Origin: Clostridia bacterium
Lineage (GTDB): Bacteria > Bacillota > Clostridia > UBA1212 > UBA1255
Assembly (NCBI GenBank): GCA_017620915.1
Contig: JAFZSK010000096.1
Coordinates: forward strand, 1,236-65,235
Direction of reading: 5' to 3'
Length of the DNA: 64,000 nucleotides
A program made the position numbers and the translations under genes. Shown piece after piece: positions 1-10,500 of this stretch; the first letter of the stretch is position 1; each line of letters begins with the position of its first letter. The notes under the pieces were generated by a model. That model made no database searches. It worked only from the letters and a program-made list of their open reading frames with translations, and was not told the origin of the DNA.

Positions 1-47
1 GCCTACTACCTACGGAGACAAGATCGCGGAGAGGAGCGTGAGCGACA

Positions 48-485
48 TTGTCTACGTCAGATGACAGTTCTAACGATCGCCGCGCGCCTGTCGCGGAAGC
101 GCCCGCGTACCGCCCCGTGGGAGTGCTGGCGGGGTATATTGCCGCCGGCCTGTTTCTGCTGGTGTTCGGGCAAATATACGACCGCCTGAGCCACGGCGTC
201 AATTGCGTTTACATGACCCTGGCGTTCCTGATCCCGCTCGTTATGGGTGGGCTGCCGTTCCTGTTCTTTATTATTGCCGGGAAGTCTGTTTACCCGGGCA
301 AAGCCGCGCGCAGTCTGTACCGCTGGGCGTGTACATGCTTTTCCGGGGCCTCCGTGCTGGCGGGCGTCATCGTCATTTACGGCACCGATTCTCTGATACC
401 GGTCTGGTATGCCGCCGCGGGCGGATTGTTACTGCTGGCCGCGGGCGTCGTGTATATAGCGGGCATATGGCGGCGCTTTTCCTGA
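48..485 (+). CDS. small integral membrane protein (hypothetical)
   Basis: 145-codon ORF closed upstream by an in-frame TGA at 39-41. The TTG start at 48 is preceded by GGAGAGGAG (29-37). The translation has about 4 hydrophobic helices (GVLAGYIAAGLFLLVFG, LAFLIPLVMGGLPFLFFII, GASVLAGVIVIYG, GGLLLLAAGVVYIAGI). No family recognised. The start could be a downstream GTG. Confidence 0.5.
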   Translation: MSTSDDSSNDRRAPVAEAPAYRPVGVLAGYIAAGLFLLVFGQIYDRLSHGVNCVYMTLAFLIPLVMGGLPFLFFIIAGKSVYPGKAARSLYRWACTCFSGASVLAGVIVIYGTDSLIPVWYAAAGGLLLLAAGVVYIAGIWRRFS

Positions 486-881
486 TTCCGTGAATGTCAA
501 ACGAAATTATCAGACAGGGACTGCTTCCTGAAGCGGCGGCATGAGGCATCTTGCCCAGTGCGCCGCGTCGCCCGTTCCGCGGCCGGGAACAACACGCTCG
601 ATGTGGTCGGCCGCTCCTTCTGACTCGTTCCGCGGCCGGATCTCGCCGGCCGCTCCGCATTCTTGCTCTTTTTTTCTGGCGCCTCTGATATAAAACCACC
701 AGAAATTATCTGAATTTATCCAGAATCCGGAAGCGACGCAAAAATCGGGAAGCTGAGAGAAGGCGCCGGGTGGATAAAAATCGCAAAATCCCCAAAAAGT
801 ATCCAAACAAATTAGGACCGCTCGGAGCTGGCGACCGGCAAAAATCAGTCGGTAAACATTGGCATTCACGGAATCAGGAAA
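478..881. repeat. 19-bp perfect inverted-repeat pair (478-496 / 863-881) enclosing a 366-bp non-coding segment
   Basis: TTTCCTGATTCCGTGAATG at 478-496 is the exact reverse complement of CATTCACGGAATCAGGAAA at 863-881. The left arm contains the TGA stop (483-485) of the upstream ORF. The interior has only implausible ORFs and carries a 14-bp direct repeat CGTTCCGCGGCCGG at 573-586 and 626-639. Confidence 0.8.
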
Positions 882-900
882 GACCCGTGCGCCGCGCAGA

Positions 901-929
901 TTGACAAAAACGCCCGGATAAGGTACAAT
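901..929 (+). promoter_or_regulatory. sigma-70-type promoter for smpB
   Basis: TTGACA (901-906), a 17-nt spacer, then TACAAT (924-929), about 50 nt upstream of the smpB ATG. Confidence 0.6.
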
Positions 930-981
930 CGCAGGCGGCGGGAACGGCGTTGACCTTCCCGGACCGGGAGCGAAAGCGATC

Positions 982-1446
982 ATGGCAGGCGGCAAAAAAA
1001 CTATCTCGACCAATAAAAAAGCGTATCACGATTATTTCGTGGAAGAGACTCTGGAATGCGGCATCGTGCTGGTAGGGACAGAGGTCAAATCGCTGCGCCG
1101 CGGCGGGGTCAATCTGAAGGACTCCTACGCCGTTATCCGGGACGGGGAGATGTTCATCAGCGGCATGCACATCGCGCCGTATGAACACGGCAACATCTTT
1201 AACCGCGACCCGCTGCGGGACCGCAAGCTCCTTTTGCACAAAAAAGAGATCAACCGGCTGCTGGGATATGTAAAGCAAAAAGGGTTGACGCTGGTGCCGC
1301 TGGAAATATACTTCTCGGGGTGCCGGATCAAGGTGCTGCTGGGCGTTGCCCGCGGCAAGAAAAATTACGATAAACGGGCGGACATCGCCGACAAAGAGAC
1401 CGCCAGGGAGATCGACCGGCGGCTGAAGGGGGCGTTTGCGGAATGA
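982..1446 (+). CDS. smpB: SsrA-binding protein SmpB
   Basis: 154 aa. Full-length resemblance to SmpB ([14 protein letters not shown]..., [28 protein letters not shown]). Confidence 0.95.
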   Translation: MAGGKKTISTNKKAYHDYFVEETLECGIVLVGTEVKSLRRGGVNLKDSYAVIRDGEMFISGMHIAPYEHGNIFNRDPLRDRKLLLHKKEINRLLGYVKQKGLTLVPLEIYFSGCRIKVLLGVARGKKNYDKRADIADKETAREIDRRLKGAFAE

Positions 1447-2174
1447 ACATTTTAAGCGTTGTTTTGCTCGGCGCACTGAACTGGCCGAAATGGATATTGA
1501 TCGCGCTGGCGGTGGTATTCGGGTTGTTCGTGATCTCTACGATCACCGCCGCGATCCGGAGATGGAAGAACCGCGTTGCCAATAACCTTTTGGGCGGACT
1601 GAAATTGTCAGATATCAAAAAAGCCATTCAGGACGGACAGTCGGAAGCCGAGAACCCCACTCCGCGCACGCTGTTCGGCGCCACGTCGATATACCTGCCC
1701 AAAATACTGAACGATTTCCCGGATTTCCACCTGCCGGAAGCCAAAAATTCGCTGAACCTGCTGCTGAACGAATATCTGCAGATACGGTTCGGGCAGGCGG
1801 ACAAATTCGTTGACAGCAACGCCGAACCCGATCTGGCGGCAATGGTGCCCCGGGCGGCCGCGCCCGCGGAACTGAGCGACATTGCCTTCCACGACTGTGC
1901 GATCCGCTCCTACATAAAAACCTCGGAGTATGCTACGATAACGTATATTGCCACCATCGGCTACACGGCGGGGGACAAACGTTATGAAGACCGATATCTG
2001 GTGGATTCCACGCTGAAGCTCTCGGAAATGGGCATACCGAAAAAACTGCTCATCTGCTCCCAGTGCGGCGGCGCGATCGATTCCACGGCGCTGAAATACT
2101 GCCCGTACTGCGGCAGCGGCATCGTATGGGATACCAAGCTGTCGTGGCGGTTCACCACGGTGGCACCGGCGTAA
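1443..2174 (+). CDS. membrane-anchored protein with C-terminal zinc ribbon (Tim44-like-domain candidate)
   Basis: 243 aa. The ATG overlaps the smpB stop (ATGA at 1443-1446). It has an N-terminal TM helix ([22 protein letters not shown]) and a CSQCGG...CPYCG zinc-ribbon motif near the C-terminus. The family call is tentative. Confidence 0.7.
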   Translation: MNILSVVLLGALNWPKWILIALAVVFGLFVISTITAAIRRWKNRVANNLLGGLKLSDIKKAIQDGQSEAENPTPRTLFGATSIYLPKILNDFPDFHLPEAKNSLNLLLNEYLQIRFGQADKFVDSNAEPDLAAMVPRAAAPAELSDIAFHDCAIRSYIKTSEYATITYIATIGYTAGDKRYEDRYLVDSTLKLSEMGIPKKLLICSQCGGAIDSTALKYCPYCGSGIVWDTKLSWRFTTVAPA

Positions 2175-2225
2175 ACAACGAAACAGTCAAAACAAAATAA
2201 AAGAAAAAGTAAGGAGTAACAAGTT

Positions 2226-3374
2226 ATGGCAAACCGATTTATGCTTAATGAAACATCCTACCACGGCAAAGGCGCGATCCAGAATATCGTACCGGAAGTA
2301 AAGGCGAGAGGATTCCGTCACGCGCTGGTCTGCAGCGACGCGATGCTCGTGAAGGCGGGCGTGACCGCTAAAGTGACTGACCTGCTGGAAGCCGGCGGCG
2401 TGGACTACACGCTGTTCAGCGACATCAAACCCAATCCCACCATCGAGAACGTGCTCGCCGGCGTTGCCGCGGCCAAAGCCTGCGGAGCGGACTGCATTAT
2501 TGCCATCGGCGGCGGCTCGTCCATGGACACTTCCAAAGCCGTAGGTATAATCATTACCAACCCCGAATTCGCGGACGTGCGCAGCCTGGAGGGCGTTGCC
2601 CCGACGAAACATCCGTGCCTGCCCATAATCGCGGTAGCCACCACGGCCGGTACCGCGGCGGAAGTCACCATCAACTACGTCATCACCGACGTGGAGAAGA
2701 AGCGCAAATTCGTGTGCGTAGACGTGCACGATATGCCGATCATCGCGATCGTTGATCCGGATATGATGGCGTCGATGCCCCGCAGCCTCAAGGCTTTCAC
2801 CGGAATGGACGCGCTCACTCACGCCATCGAAGGCTACACCACCCGCGGCGCGTGGGAATTGTCCGATATGTTCCACATCAAAGCCATCGAGCTGATCGCG
2901 AAGTACCTGCGTCTGTCCGTCGCGGGCGATGAAAAGGGCGGGGAGCAGATGGCGCTGGCGCAGTACATCGCCGGCATGGGCTTCTCCAACGTCGGCCTCG
3001 GCATCGATCACGCTATGGCGCACACACTGAGCGCGTACTACGACGTGCCCCACGGCAAGGCCTGCGCGATGCTGCTGCCCATCAGCATGGAATTCAACAA
3101 AGAGTACAGCGGCGAAAAATACAGAGAGATCGCCCGGGTGTTCGGCGTAAAGGACGTGGACAAAATGTCTGCCGCCGAGTACCGTGACGCGGCGATCGCC
3201 GCCGTGAAGCAGCTTTCGACCGACGTGGGCATCCCGACGGTCTGTGAAGAGATCCGCAGGGAGGATCTGGACAACCTCGCCACCGACGCCCTCAATGACG
3301 CGTGCTATCCGGGCAACCCGCGGGAAGCCACCCATGCTCAGGGAGTGGAAATGTTCAGCAAGCTGATGAAATGA
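2226..3374 (+). CDS. fucO: iron-containing alcohol dehydrogenase, lactaldehyde reductase (FucO) type
   Basis: 382 aa. Near-colinear similarity to E. coli FucO as I recall it: MANR..LNET, AIGGGS, NPEFADVRSLEG, TTAGTAAEVTINYVITD, KFVCVD, DALTHAIEGY.TRGAW, GMGFSNVGLG, PHG, GEKYR.IARV.GV, GNPREAT. Confidence 0.85.
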   Translation: MANRFMLNETSYHGKGAIQNIVPEVKARGFRHALVCSDAMLVKAGVTAKVTDLLEAGGVDYTLFSDIKPNPTIENVLAGVAAAKACGADCIIAIGGGSSMDTSKAVGIIITNPEFADVRSLEGVAPTKHPCLPIIAVATTAGTAAEVTINYVITDVEKKRKFVCVDVHDMPIIAIVDPDMMASMPRSLKAFTGMDALTHAIEGYTTRGAWELSDMFHIKAIELIAKYLRLSVAGDEKGGEQMALAQYIAGMGFSNVGLGIDHAMAHTLSAYYDVPHGKACAMLLPISMEFNKEYSGEKYREIARVFGVKDVDKMSAAEYRDAAIAAVKQLSTDVGIPTVCEEIRREDLDNLATDALNDACYPGNPREATHAQGVEMFSKLMK

Positions 3375-3394
3375 CGTTTTAGTCTTTGCTAAAG

Positions 3395-3437
3395 CAGGAC
3401 AAGATCGCTCCGACAGGGGGATCTTGTCCTGTTTTTT
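3395..3437 (+). terminator. rho-independent terminator after fucO
   Basis: 12-bp perfect stem CAGGACAAGATC (3395-3406) / GATCTTGTCCTG (3420-3431), followed by TTTTTT (3432-3437). Confidence 0.8.
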
Positions 3438-3466
3438 ATGCAGAAACGAATAACGATCTGGCCGAA

Positions 3467-4498
3467 TCAACCGGCAAACATTGATGACTTAAAAATTGCC
3501 ATTGAAACGATCATGGCGATAATTACCAGCATCAGCGATATAAACAAAATCGCGAAAGAAAGAACGAACGGATCGCGCAGTTTTCCGCCTGTGAGTTCCA
3601 AGTGATACCGGCCGCCGAGCGATGAATCCACCAGAACCACCACGATAAACGCGAAAGCACAGAAAAGCGTAAAAGTATATATAAAATCACCGGATCCTAA
3701 CAACGGCAAAATAAAATAGCAGGCGATAACGGCAGCGAACGCCGCGGAAAAACCGAAGTTCAGCCCGATGATCCAGTTCCGGGCGCGGCGCTTTTTTGAT
3801 TCGTATGACGACCTGTCGCGGGCCGGACGCCCCTCTGTGAAAAATTTTCTCCACAAAACAAACAAGATCAGCAGCGGCAAGACTGTAAAAATGATCTTCG
3901 GCGCCAATTTTAAAAAAACTGACCAGTATTTAGATCCACTTTCATCGGTCTCAACATCAGCGGACAGCACGATAACCATCATCGCGATCAGTGCCGCAGA
4001 GAAAGGAATGAGGAATAACAATTCGAACCGTTTGAAATAATGCCGGCTTTCAGGATCATCCTGAACGGATTCCTGTACGTTGCTGACGCGGGCGTTGTCG
4101 ACTGTATCGGCCGAAAGATGCAATTGCCCGTATTCATCCTGAAATCTGACTTCCAGTTCGGAATCATCGCTGATATCGCAGTCGGCTTCCCACAACGCGT
4201 ATTCCGGGGATGAATACTCTTCGCCGAATACCGCCTTGCCGCCGAATACAAAGACACCGGCGATTTTAAGAGCGGCGTCCTCTACCTGTTTTTTGTCAAA
4301 AACTGCCCGGTTCTGCCGGATCGTCAAATGAAATGACCCGGGAACCGACAGTTCCGCACACGGAAATTGCCGATTTATGGAAGCAGTCTGTTCACCGGTC
4401 TCGGGTGCGAAAACGGTAACGATCAGAGTATTCTCAGATCCAAACGGCAGGGAGGCGCGGACAGTCAGTTTATGCATTTTCAGGCCTTGTCCGGACAT
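3467..4498 (-). CDS. hypothetical membrane protein (soluble N-terminal domain plus about 6 TM helices)
   Basis: 343-aa ORF. The C-terminal half is strongly hydrophobic (ALIAMMVIVLSA, IIFTVLPLLILFVLW, WIIGLNFGFSAAFAAVIACYFILPLL, FTLFCAFAFIVVVLV, LSFAILFISLMLVIIAMIVSMAIF). An alternative ATG at 4477 would avoid the overlap with the upstream gene. No family recognised. Confidence 0.6.
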   Translation of the reverse strand: MSGQGLKMHKLTVRASLPFGSENTLIVTVFAPETGEQTASINRQFPCAELSVPGSFHLTIRQNRAVFDKKQVEDAALKIAGVFVFGGKAVFGEEYSSPEYALWEADCDISDDSELEVRFQDEYGQLHLSADTVDNARVSNVQESVQDDPESRHYFKRFELLFLIPFSAALIAMMVIVLSADVETDESGSKYWSVFLKLAPKIIFTVLPLLILFVLWRKFFTEGRPARDRSSYESKKRRARNWIIGLNFGFSAAFAAVIACYFILPLLGSGDFIYTFTLFCAFAFIVVVLVDSSLGGRYHLELTGGKLRDPFVLSFAILFISLMLVIIAMIVSMAIFKSSMFAG

Positions 4499-5520
4499 AA
4501 ATACGCTTCCAGCAGCCGATATGTGTTGGCCAGGCCGTCAACGTGCGTGCGCTCGTAGCCGTGGCTGGACAATGTGCCGGGTCCGATGGCGGCGTGCCGG
4601 ATGTCGTGACCGGCGGTAACGCTCGCGTCTCCGTCCGTCCCGTAATGCGGCGTAAACGAATCCATTACATAATCCACACCGGCGCTGATCGCCGCACTGC
4701 GAAGCTCGTTAGTGAAGCCCCAGTGGTAGGGGAAGCGGGAGTCCTGCGCGAAGATCGAGACTTTGTGCTCATCGGAGTTCTGGACCGGTCCGGTCGGCGC
4801 GATATCCACCGACAGAATGTCCGTCGTGTCGTCCGGCAGGAACACGGTGCCGTGTCCGATCTCTTCATAAAACGCGAAATACGCATACACTTTGCGGTTC
4901 GGTTTAAGGCCTTCGTCGCGCAGCGCTTTCATAAACGTGAGCAGCACCGCGGCGCAGGCTTTATCGTCAATAAACCGCGATTTTACATAGCCGTTCTCCA
5001 CCCGGAAGCGCGGTTCCAGCGCGATCATGTCGCCGGTGTCAATGCCCAGTTTTTTGACATCCCCGGCGCATTTTACGTCGGCGTCGATCACGACGCAAAC
5101 GTTTTTGCGGAAGTCGGGGAGCGTTGTCCGCAGTTCCTCTTCGGTGACGTGGATCGAGTTGGGCGTGCGGCAGACGGCGCCGGTGAACACCTGTCCGTCC
5201 CGCGTATGGATGCGCACGTTTTCGGTGACGCAGTAGAACGGGTACAGGCCGCCGACGGGGGCAACATTGAGCGTGCCGTCCGCGTTGACGTAACGCACCA
5301 TCAGCCCGATGTCGTCCAGATGCGCGGTGACGACCAGCGCGTTGCCCTCGCCGCCCAGTTCCGCGATCACGCCGCCTTTGTGAGTGACGGTATACTGATA
5401 GCCCATTTCGTCCAGCAGGCCGCACAGCAGGCGCTGCAGTTCTTCGTATTGACCGGTGGTGCTGTCAACGCCCACCAGCTTTTCAAACATATCCAGACAG
5501 TATTTTTCATCGAATTTCAT
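4480..5520 (-). CDS. M42-family metallopeptidase (glutamyl aminopeptidase / FrvX-like)
   Basis: Starts at MKFDEKY (ATG at 5520) with GGAGG about 8 nt upstream. Typical M42 layout (VVTAHLDDIGLMV, FIDDKA, FYEEIGHG). The tracked ORF runs to 5550, but that start lacks an RBS. Confidence 0.8.
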   Translation of the reverse strand: MKFDEKYCLDMFEKLVGVDSTTGQYEELQRLLCGLLDEMGYQYTVTHKGGVIAELGGEGNALVVTAHLDDIGLMVRYVNADGTLNVAPVGGLYPFYCVTENVRIHTRDGQVFTGAVCRTPNSIHVTEEELRTTLPDFRKNVCVVIDADVKCAGDVKKLGIDTGDMIALEPRFRVENGYVKSRFIDDKACAAVLLTFMKALRDEGLKPNRKVYAYFAFYEEIGHGTVFLPDDTTDILSVDIAPTGPVQNSDEHKVSIFAQDSRFPYHWGFTNELRSAAISAGVDYVMDSFTPHYGTDGDASVTAGHDIRHAAIGPGTLSSHGYERTHVDGLANTYRLLEAYLCPDKA

Positions 5521-5549
5521 GTAAAAACCTCCATTTTCGGGTCTGATCA

Positions 5550-7370
5550 TTACCAGGTCACGCCGTCGCCGTAATAGTTCGGATGTTCCGGCATCTGAGT
5601 ACCTTCGCGGTAGTATTTGATATCGTACTGTTTCATCTTGTTGCAGAAATCTTCGGCCGCCGAAGACGATTCGAAATACGTCCAGTCCAGTATCAGCGCC
5701 GCCGAACGGATCTGCAGCGAGGACTTTTCCACGTTGGCGAAGTGCTCTTCATCCGCGGCTTCCAGCGCTGCGTCCCAGAGCTTCGCAAATATTTCGTTCA
5801 GTTTTTTCGCTTCATCAGAGCCCCTCTTAACTCCGAAGATCGTGTCGACACCGTAGTAAATGCCCATATCGCCCTTTGCCGCCTGCTTTGAGGTGAGGTC
5901 GATATATTTGCGGATGTGCTTCCAGCCGGCGCCGTAGTAGCCCTCCAGAAAGTCGTCCATATACGCGAAATACTGCTCGCGACTCATGTCCGGATCCCAC
6001 AAAAGCTTCGCCAGCAGGTACGCGCGGAGCTCGCCGAATTCGCCGGAGTACGACTGGTAGTTGCCCTGTTCGAACAGCCCGATGGCGTGGTGGTCCACGA
6101 AGAACCGCACATCGTCGTACAGCACGTACAGGTTGGGGAAGGGATTGACGTAGAACAGGAAGTCGGTGGTGTAGTCCCAGATGAACAGGTTGTTGCAGAT
6201 CTTCGACCAGGCCTCGATGTCGGCCGCGAATTCTTTGTTGCGCTCGCAGTCGCCGTCCAGCGGATGGGAGAAACAGCATTCGATAGAGCAGAGGCGGATG
6301 ATGACGTTGTCCGCGGGCTTCAGGTTTTTCGGCGCTTTGCGCGTGTAGCGGTAGGCGAGGGTGTCCACCAGCACGTCCGGAAACTCGTCTTTAATGTCGG
6401 CGGCAATACGGTTCACGAAGGTCAGCAGCGATCCCATCGGCGTGCCTTCCTGTTCGTCCAGCCGGCGGCAATTCTCGCATTGACACCCGAGCCCCTCCGG
6501 GAAGGAATCATTCTGCGAGACCGATACGATCTTCGCGTCCGGATTGTCCCTGAGGTAGGTGCGGACGTTCTCCAGCACACGCGCGTAAACTTCCGGGTCG
6601 GTGAGGCAGGGCTGTACGTCGGGTTCGTGGCTGGTGCCCGCCAGCGAGGGCAGGGAGTGCACGAACGGCCCCGCGTAGTGTATCGCCTCGCCGTAGCCCG
6701 CCATGCTGCGGTTCACGCCGCCGTTGAGTTTGAGTTTGGCCGCGAAGTGGTTGTCAAAAGTGTCATACCAGTACGTGTCGCGGTTCAGCAGCTTGGGCGA
6801 GAACGACACGTTCAGCGACGCGGGAACGTCAATATGGGCGGCCGGCTTCACGGTCTCGTATTTCGAGGAATAGAAGCGCCAGCCGATATAGTCTTCGAGG
6901 AAGGAGTACACGGCGTACATCGCGCCGGTCACCGTGTCGCCGGTCAGGTACAGATCGCCGCCGTCGAACAGCAGCGCGTAGCCGTGGTTGGTGAGTTTTG
7001 CCTGCGCGGCTTTGACTTTCTCTGTGTCAAAACGCGTTTTGCCCACGATCACGCGGTGCTTCGCCGCGGCCGCTTCGGGACTGCTGTCCGGCAGCGCGGA
7101 CAGCTTTATGCCCGCGGCGTCGTCAATATACTTCACCAGATCCGCCACGATGTTTGCGGTGGTGGCGTTGTCCGCGCTGTCTTCGCTGTAAACGACGGTG
7201 TATTCGCCCGCGTCAACGCCGCCCAGTGTCAGTTTCTTCACTTTGTACCCTGTATCCATTTCGTCCTCCGTTTGCCGTGTGCCGCAGCCGGGCATGACCG
7301 TACACGCGCCCAGCGCTATAATGAGTGCCGCCGCGGTCAGCCACCGTATTGCCTTATTCCTGTTTTTCAT
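5550..7370 (-). CDS. DUF4838-like putative glycoside-hydrolase lipoprotein
   Basis: Starts at MKNRNK (ATG 7370). Signal peptide with lipobox (LIIALGAC). Large C-terminal domain with a conserved-looking Cys cluster (GLGCQCENC, CSIECCFSHP), as I recall for DUF4838/GH20-like proteins. The family call is from memory only. Confidence 0.65.
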   Translation of the reverse strand: MKNRNKAIRWLTAAALIIALGACTVMPGCGTRQTEDEMDTGYKVKKLTLGGVDAGEYTVVYSEDSADNATTANIVADLVKYIDDAAGIKLSALPDSSPEAAAAKHRVIVGKTRFDTEKVKAAQAKLTNHGYALLFDGGDLYLTGDTVTGAMYAVYSFLEDYIGWRFYSSKYETVKPAAHIDVPASLNVSFSPKLLNRDTYWYDTFDNHFAAKLKLNGGVNRSMAGYGEAIHYAGPFVHSLPSLAGTSHEPDVQPCLTDPEVYARVLENVRTYLRDNPDAKIVSVSQNDSFPEGLGCQCENCRRLDEQEGTPMGSLLTFVNRIAADIKDEFPDVLVDTLAYRYTRKAPKNLKPADNVIIRLCSIECCFSHPLDGDCERNKEFAADIEAWSKICNNLFIWDYTTDFLFYVNPFPNLYVLYDDVRFFVDHHAIGLFEQGNYQSYSGEFGELRAYLLAKLLWDPDMSREQYFAYMDDFLEGYYGAGWKHIRKYIDLTSKQAAKGDMGIYYGVDTIFGVKRGSDEAKKLNEIFAKLWDAALEAADEEHFANVEKSSLQIRSAALILDWTYFESSSAAEDFCNKMKQYDIKYYREGTQMPEHPNYYGDGVTW

Positions 7371-7441
7371 GTTCTGATCCGAGCCTCCTGCTCCTGTCGC
7401 GGTCAATTATTGCAAATCGGAAGAAATATGTCAATAAGCTG

Positions 7442-7470
7442 TTGCAATCCGCGCGCGCAAAAGATATAAT
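7442..7470 (+). promoter_or_regulatory. sigma-70-type promoter for the 1152-aa surface protein gene
   Basis: TTGCAA (7442-7447), a 17-nt spacer, then TATAAT (7465-7470). GGAGGG RBS ahead of the ATG at 7528. Confidence 0.6.
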
Positions 7471-7527
7471 ATATATTGCGGGAAGAGTATTCGCGCACAA
7501 CGGTAAAACGGAACAGGAGGGCAAAAA

Positions 7528-10500
7528 ATGAAATTGACAATACGCAAAATACTGGCGTTTATGTTGACCGTCGCCATGCTGGTGTCGCTGGTTACTATAA
7601 ACGCGATAGCGGAGACGGAGACGACGCTCATATCCGAGGGTTTTGAAGGCGGCGAACTGCCGGAGGGCTGGACAACAGAGTCGGATACGTCGAACGCCTG
7701 GAAGGTCGGCACCGGTGATTACAGCACATCTACCGGCGCGAATTCTGGAAATTACAATGCATTAATTACACATGGCACGACCGGCACGAGCTCATACCTT
7801 GTTACTCCCGCGATCGACCTGAGCGGAAATACTAAAATGGCGAAACTCAGCTTTTGGTATATCAACCGCGCATGGTATAGCGATATTGACGAGTTCGGTG
7901 TTTACTACCGTGTCGGCGAAGGCGAGTGGCAGGAACTGTTTACGACTAAAGATGCTCATAGTGACTGGACGTCAGAAGCGTTGGCGCTCCCGGCCGCAGC
8001 CAATGCCGCGGGTGTTCAGCTCGGGTTTAAAATGACCGACGGTTATGGCTACGGGGTAGGACTTGACGATGTAGAACTCATTTTAACCGACGCGGTAACC
8101 AGAACTGTTAGTTATGACCCCAACGGAGGCACCGGCACGATGGAGCCCACGACCGGTTATGAAGGATTCACCGTTCAAGTCGCCGGGAACGGCTTCACCC
8201 CGCCGGAGGGCATGAGATTCTGGAAATGGAACACCCAGGCTGACGGTTCCGGGGATGATTACAAAGCGGGCGATTATATTAATCTTACAGGTAATATCAC
8301 CCTCTATGCCCAATGGGCCGATGTTGCAAGTATATTTGAAGATTTTGAAACCGGTGAAATGCCGGAAGGCTGGACCACAGAAACGGAGTCGGCATCTCTT
8401 AACTGGACAGTAGGTACCGGTGATTACTATAGCAGTACCGGTTCACATTCGGGTAATTATAACGCAAAATATAAATCCGGGAACGGTAACGGATACGCTT
8501 CGTGGCTGATCACGCCGGTACTGGATCTGTCAGCAAAAAAATCCGGATCTCTCAGTTTCTGGATGATCAACCGTGCGTATAGCAGTTATGTTGACCATTT
8601 TGGTGTGTACTACCGCATTGACGGCGGAGAATGGGTAGAGCTGTTCTACACTGAAGAAGCGCATGCGAATTGGACGGAGATAAAGCTGTCTCTGCCGGGT
8701 GAGATTTTTGCGGAAGGTGTTGAGATCGGCTTCCTGGCGACGGATGAGTACGGCTACGGCGTGGGACTGGACGATATAGCGCTGATCACTTCCACCAAGC
8801 CGATGGCTGAGGCGGATATGTTCATTGTGACCGTTCCGGAAGGCATGCTGGTTTATGACGGAACGGATTACGCGGCGCAGGTCTCCGTCTCCGTAAAGAG
8901 CGAATACGAGGGACTTGTGGGTACTCCGGTCTTTGAGATCTGGAAAAGCGGCAGCAAGGTCACCGAAGCTGTCGACGCCGGCAATTATATCGTTAAAGTG
9001 ATCGTTCCTGAAAGCGAGTCATACGCGGCGTCGGTATTGACGGATCCCGCGTGGCAGTTCAACGTCGCTTGCAGTGAATACTTCAACAACTTTGACGGAG
9101 AAGATCCGCTGGACGGCTGGACGCTGGTCGACAGTGACGGCGACGGACAAAACTGGTACGTTTACACGCCTAGCTCTGATGCCAATGTGTACTGCCATTC
9201 CGCTCCTTCGGTGCTGACTTCGGCATCCTTCTCCGGCAGCGCACTGGAGCCGGATAACTGGGCGATACTGCCGCCGATCTACATCAAAGACGGTGCTAAG
9301 CTCACTTTCTGGATCAAAGCGCAGGATACGAATTATCCCGAGGACCTGGTGACCGTTTATATAGGCGACAGCGCGGACATCAACCAGATGGTACAGATCG
9401 GCGATGAATATCCGGCTCCGGTCGATTATGAAAAAGTTGAGATCGACCTCAGCGCGTACAAGGACACCATTAAGTTTATTGCCCTGCGCCACAGCGAGTC
9501 GTATGACCTGTTCAGAGTCAACATTGATAATCTTCATGTCGGCACTCATGAACACGGCAATTATACGTACACTGCAGAAGATAATATCATCACCGCGCAC
9601 TGCGGCAACGAAGGCTGCTACCTTCCCGAAGGTATCGATCTGATCCTCAACGCGCCTCCGCTTGACAGCTACAATTACGATGAACCGTATGTGGCCACAT
9701 TGAGCGGATACGACGCGGAGATCTTCCCGGGCGAGGTTGTGATCCTCTATTCCGGCAGAGACGGTACCGAGTATGCCGAGAGCGCGACACCTCCTACGGA
9801 AGTCGGCGATTACACCGTGACCGCGACGGTCTGCGGCGTGACCGCAACGTTGGATTATACTATTGTCAACTATACGATCACCGTCGATGATAATATCGAA
9901 GGCGGCACCGTGACAGTTGACCCTGATCAGGTCCTTTACGGTGATATAATTACTCTGACCGCTACACCTGATCCGGGCTACAAATTTGAGAAATTCCTTG
10001 TATATATCGGGGGCAATACTTCTGCTAACGAATTTACCAGTAACCCCGTTAGTTTGTACTATAACGTTGCATATGACTCGTTTGTCTCTGCGGTGTTTTC
10101 CGAATTGCCCAAGCCCGAGTTCGTCGCCCACAGCCTTGTGCTCAGCGGCCAGATCGGCGTGAAGTTCGGAATGGATCTTTCGGTACTGAGCGAGGAAGAG
10201 ATCGCGGGCAGCTACATGACCTTCACCGTGAATGGCAAGAAGACCGTGGTCAACACCGCGGATGCCGTGATAGAAGACGATAAGTACGTATTTACCTGCT
10301 ACGTCAACTCGCTGCAGATGGCGGAGGACATTGACGCGGTGTTCACGTACAACGACACTCTGACGGTGTCGGACATCTATTCGGTCGACAGCTACATCAT
10401 GGCTGTTCTCCTGGAGGAAGAAAACTACACTCCGGAGACGGTGGCGCTGGTGAGCGCGCTTGCGGACTACGGTCACTACGCGCAGATCTTCCTTACCAAA

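Noticed and set aside
486-981. tmRNA (ssrA) gene next to smpB
   Set aside because: No GGGG...TTCGAC 5' end, no tRNA-like 3' end (GGTTCGA.TCC...CCACCA) and no tag-peptide reading frame were found on either strand.
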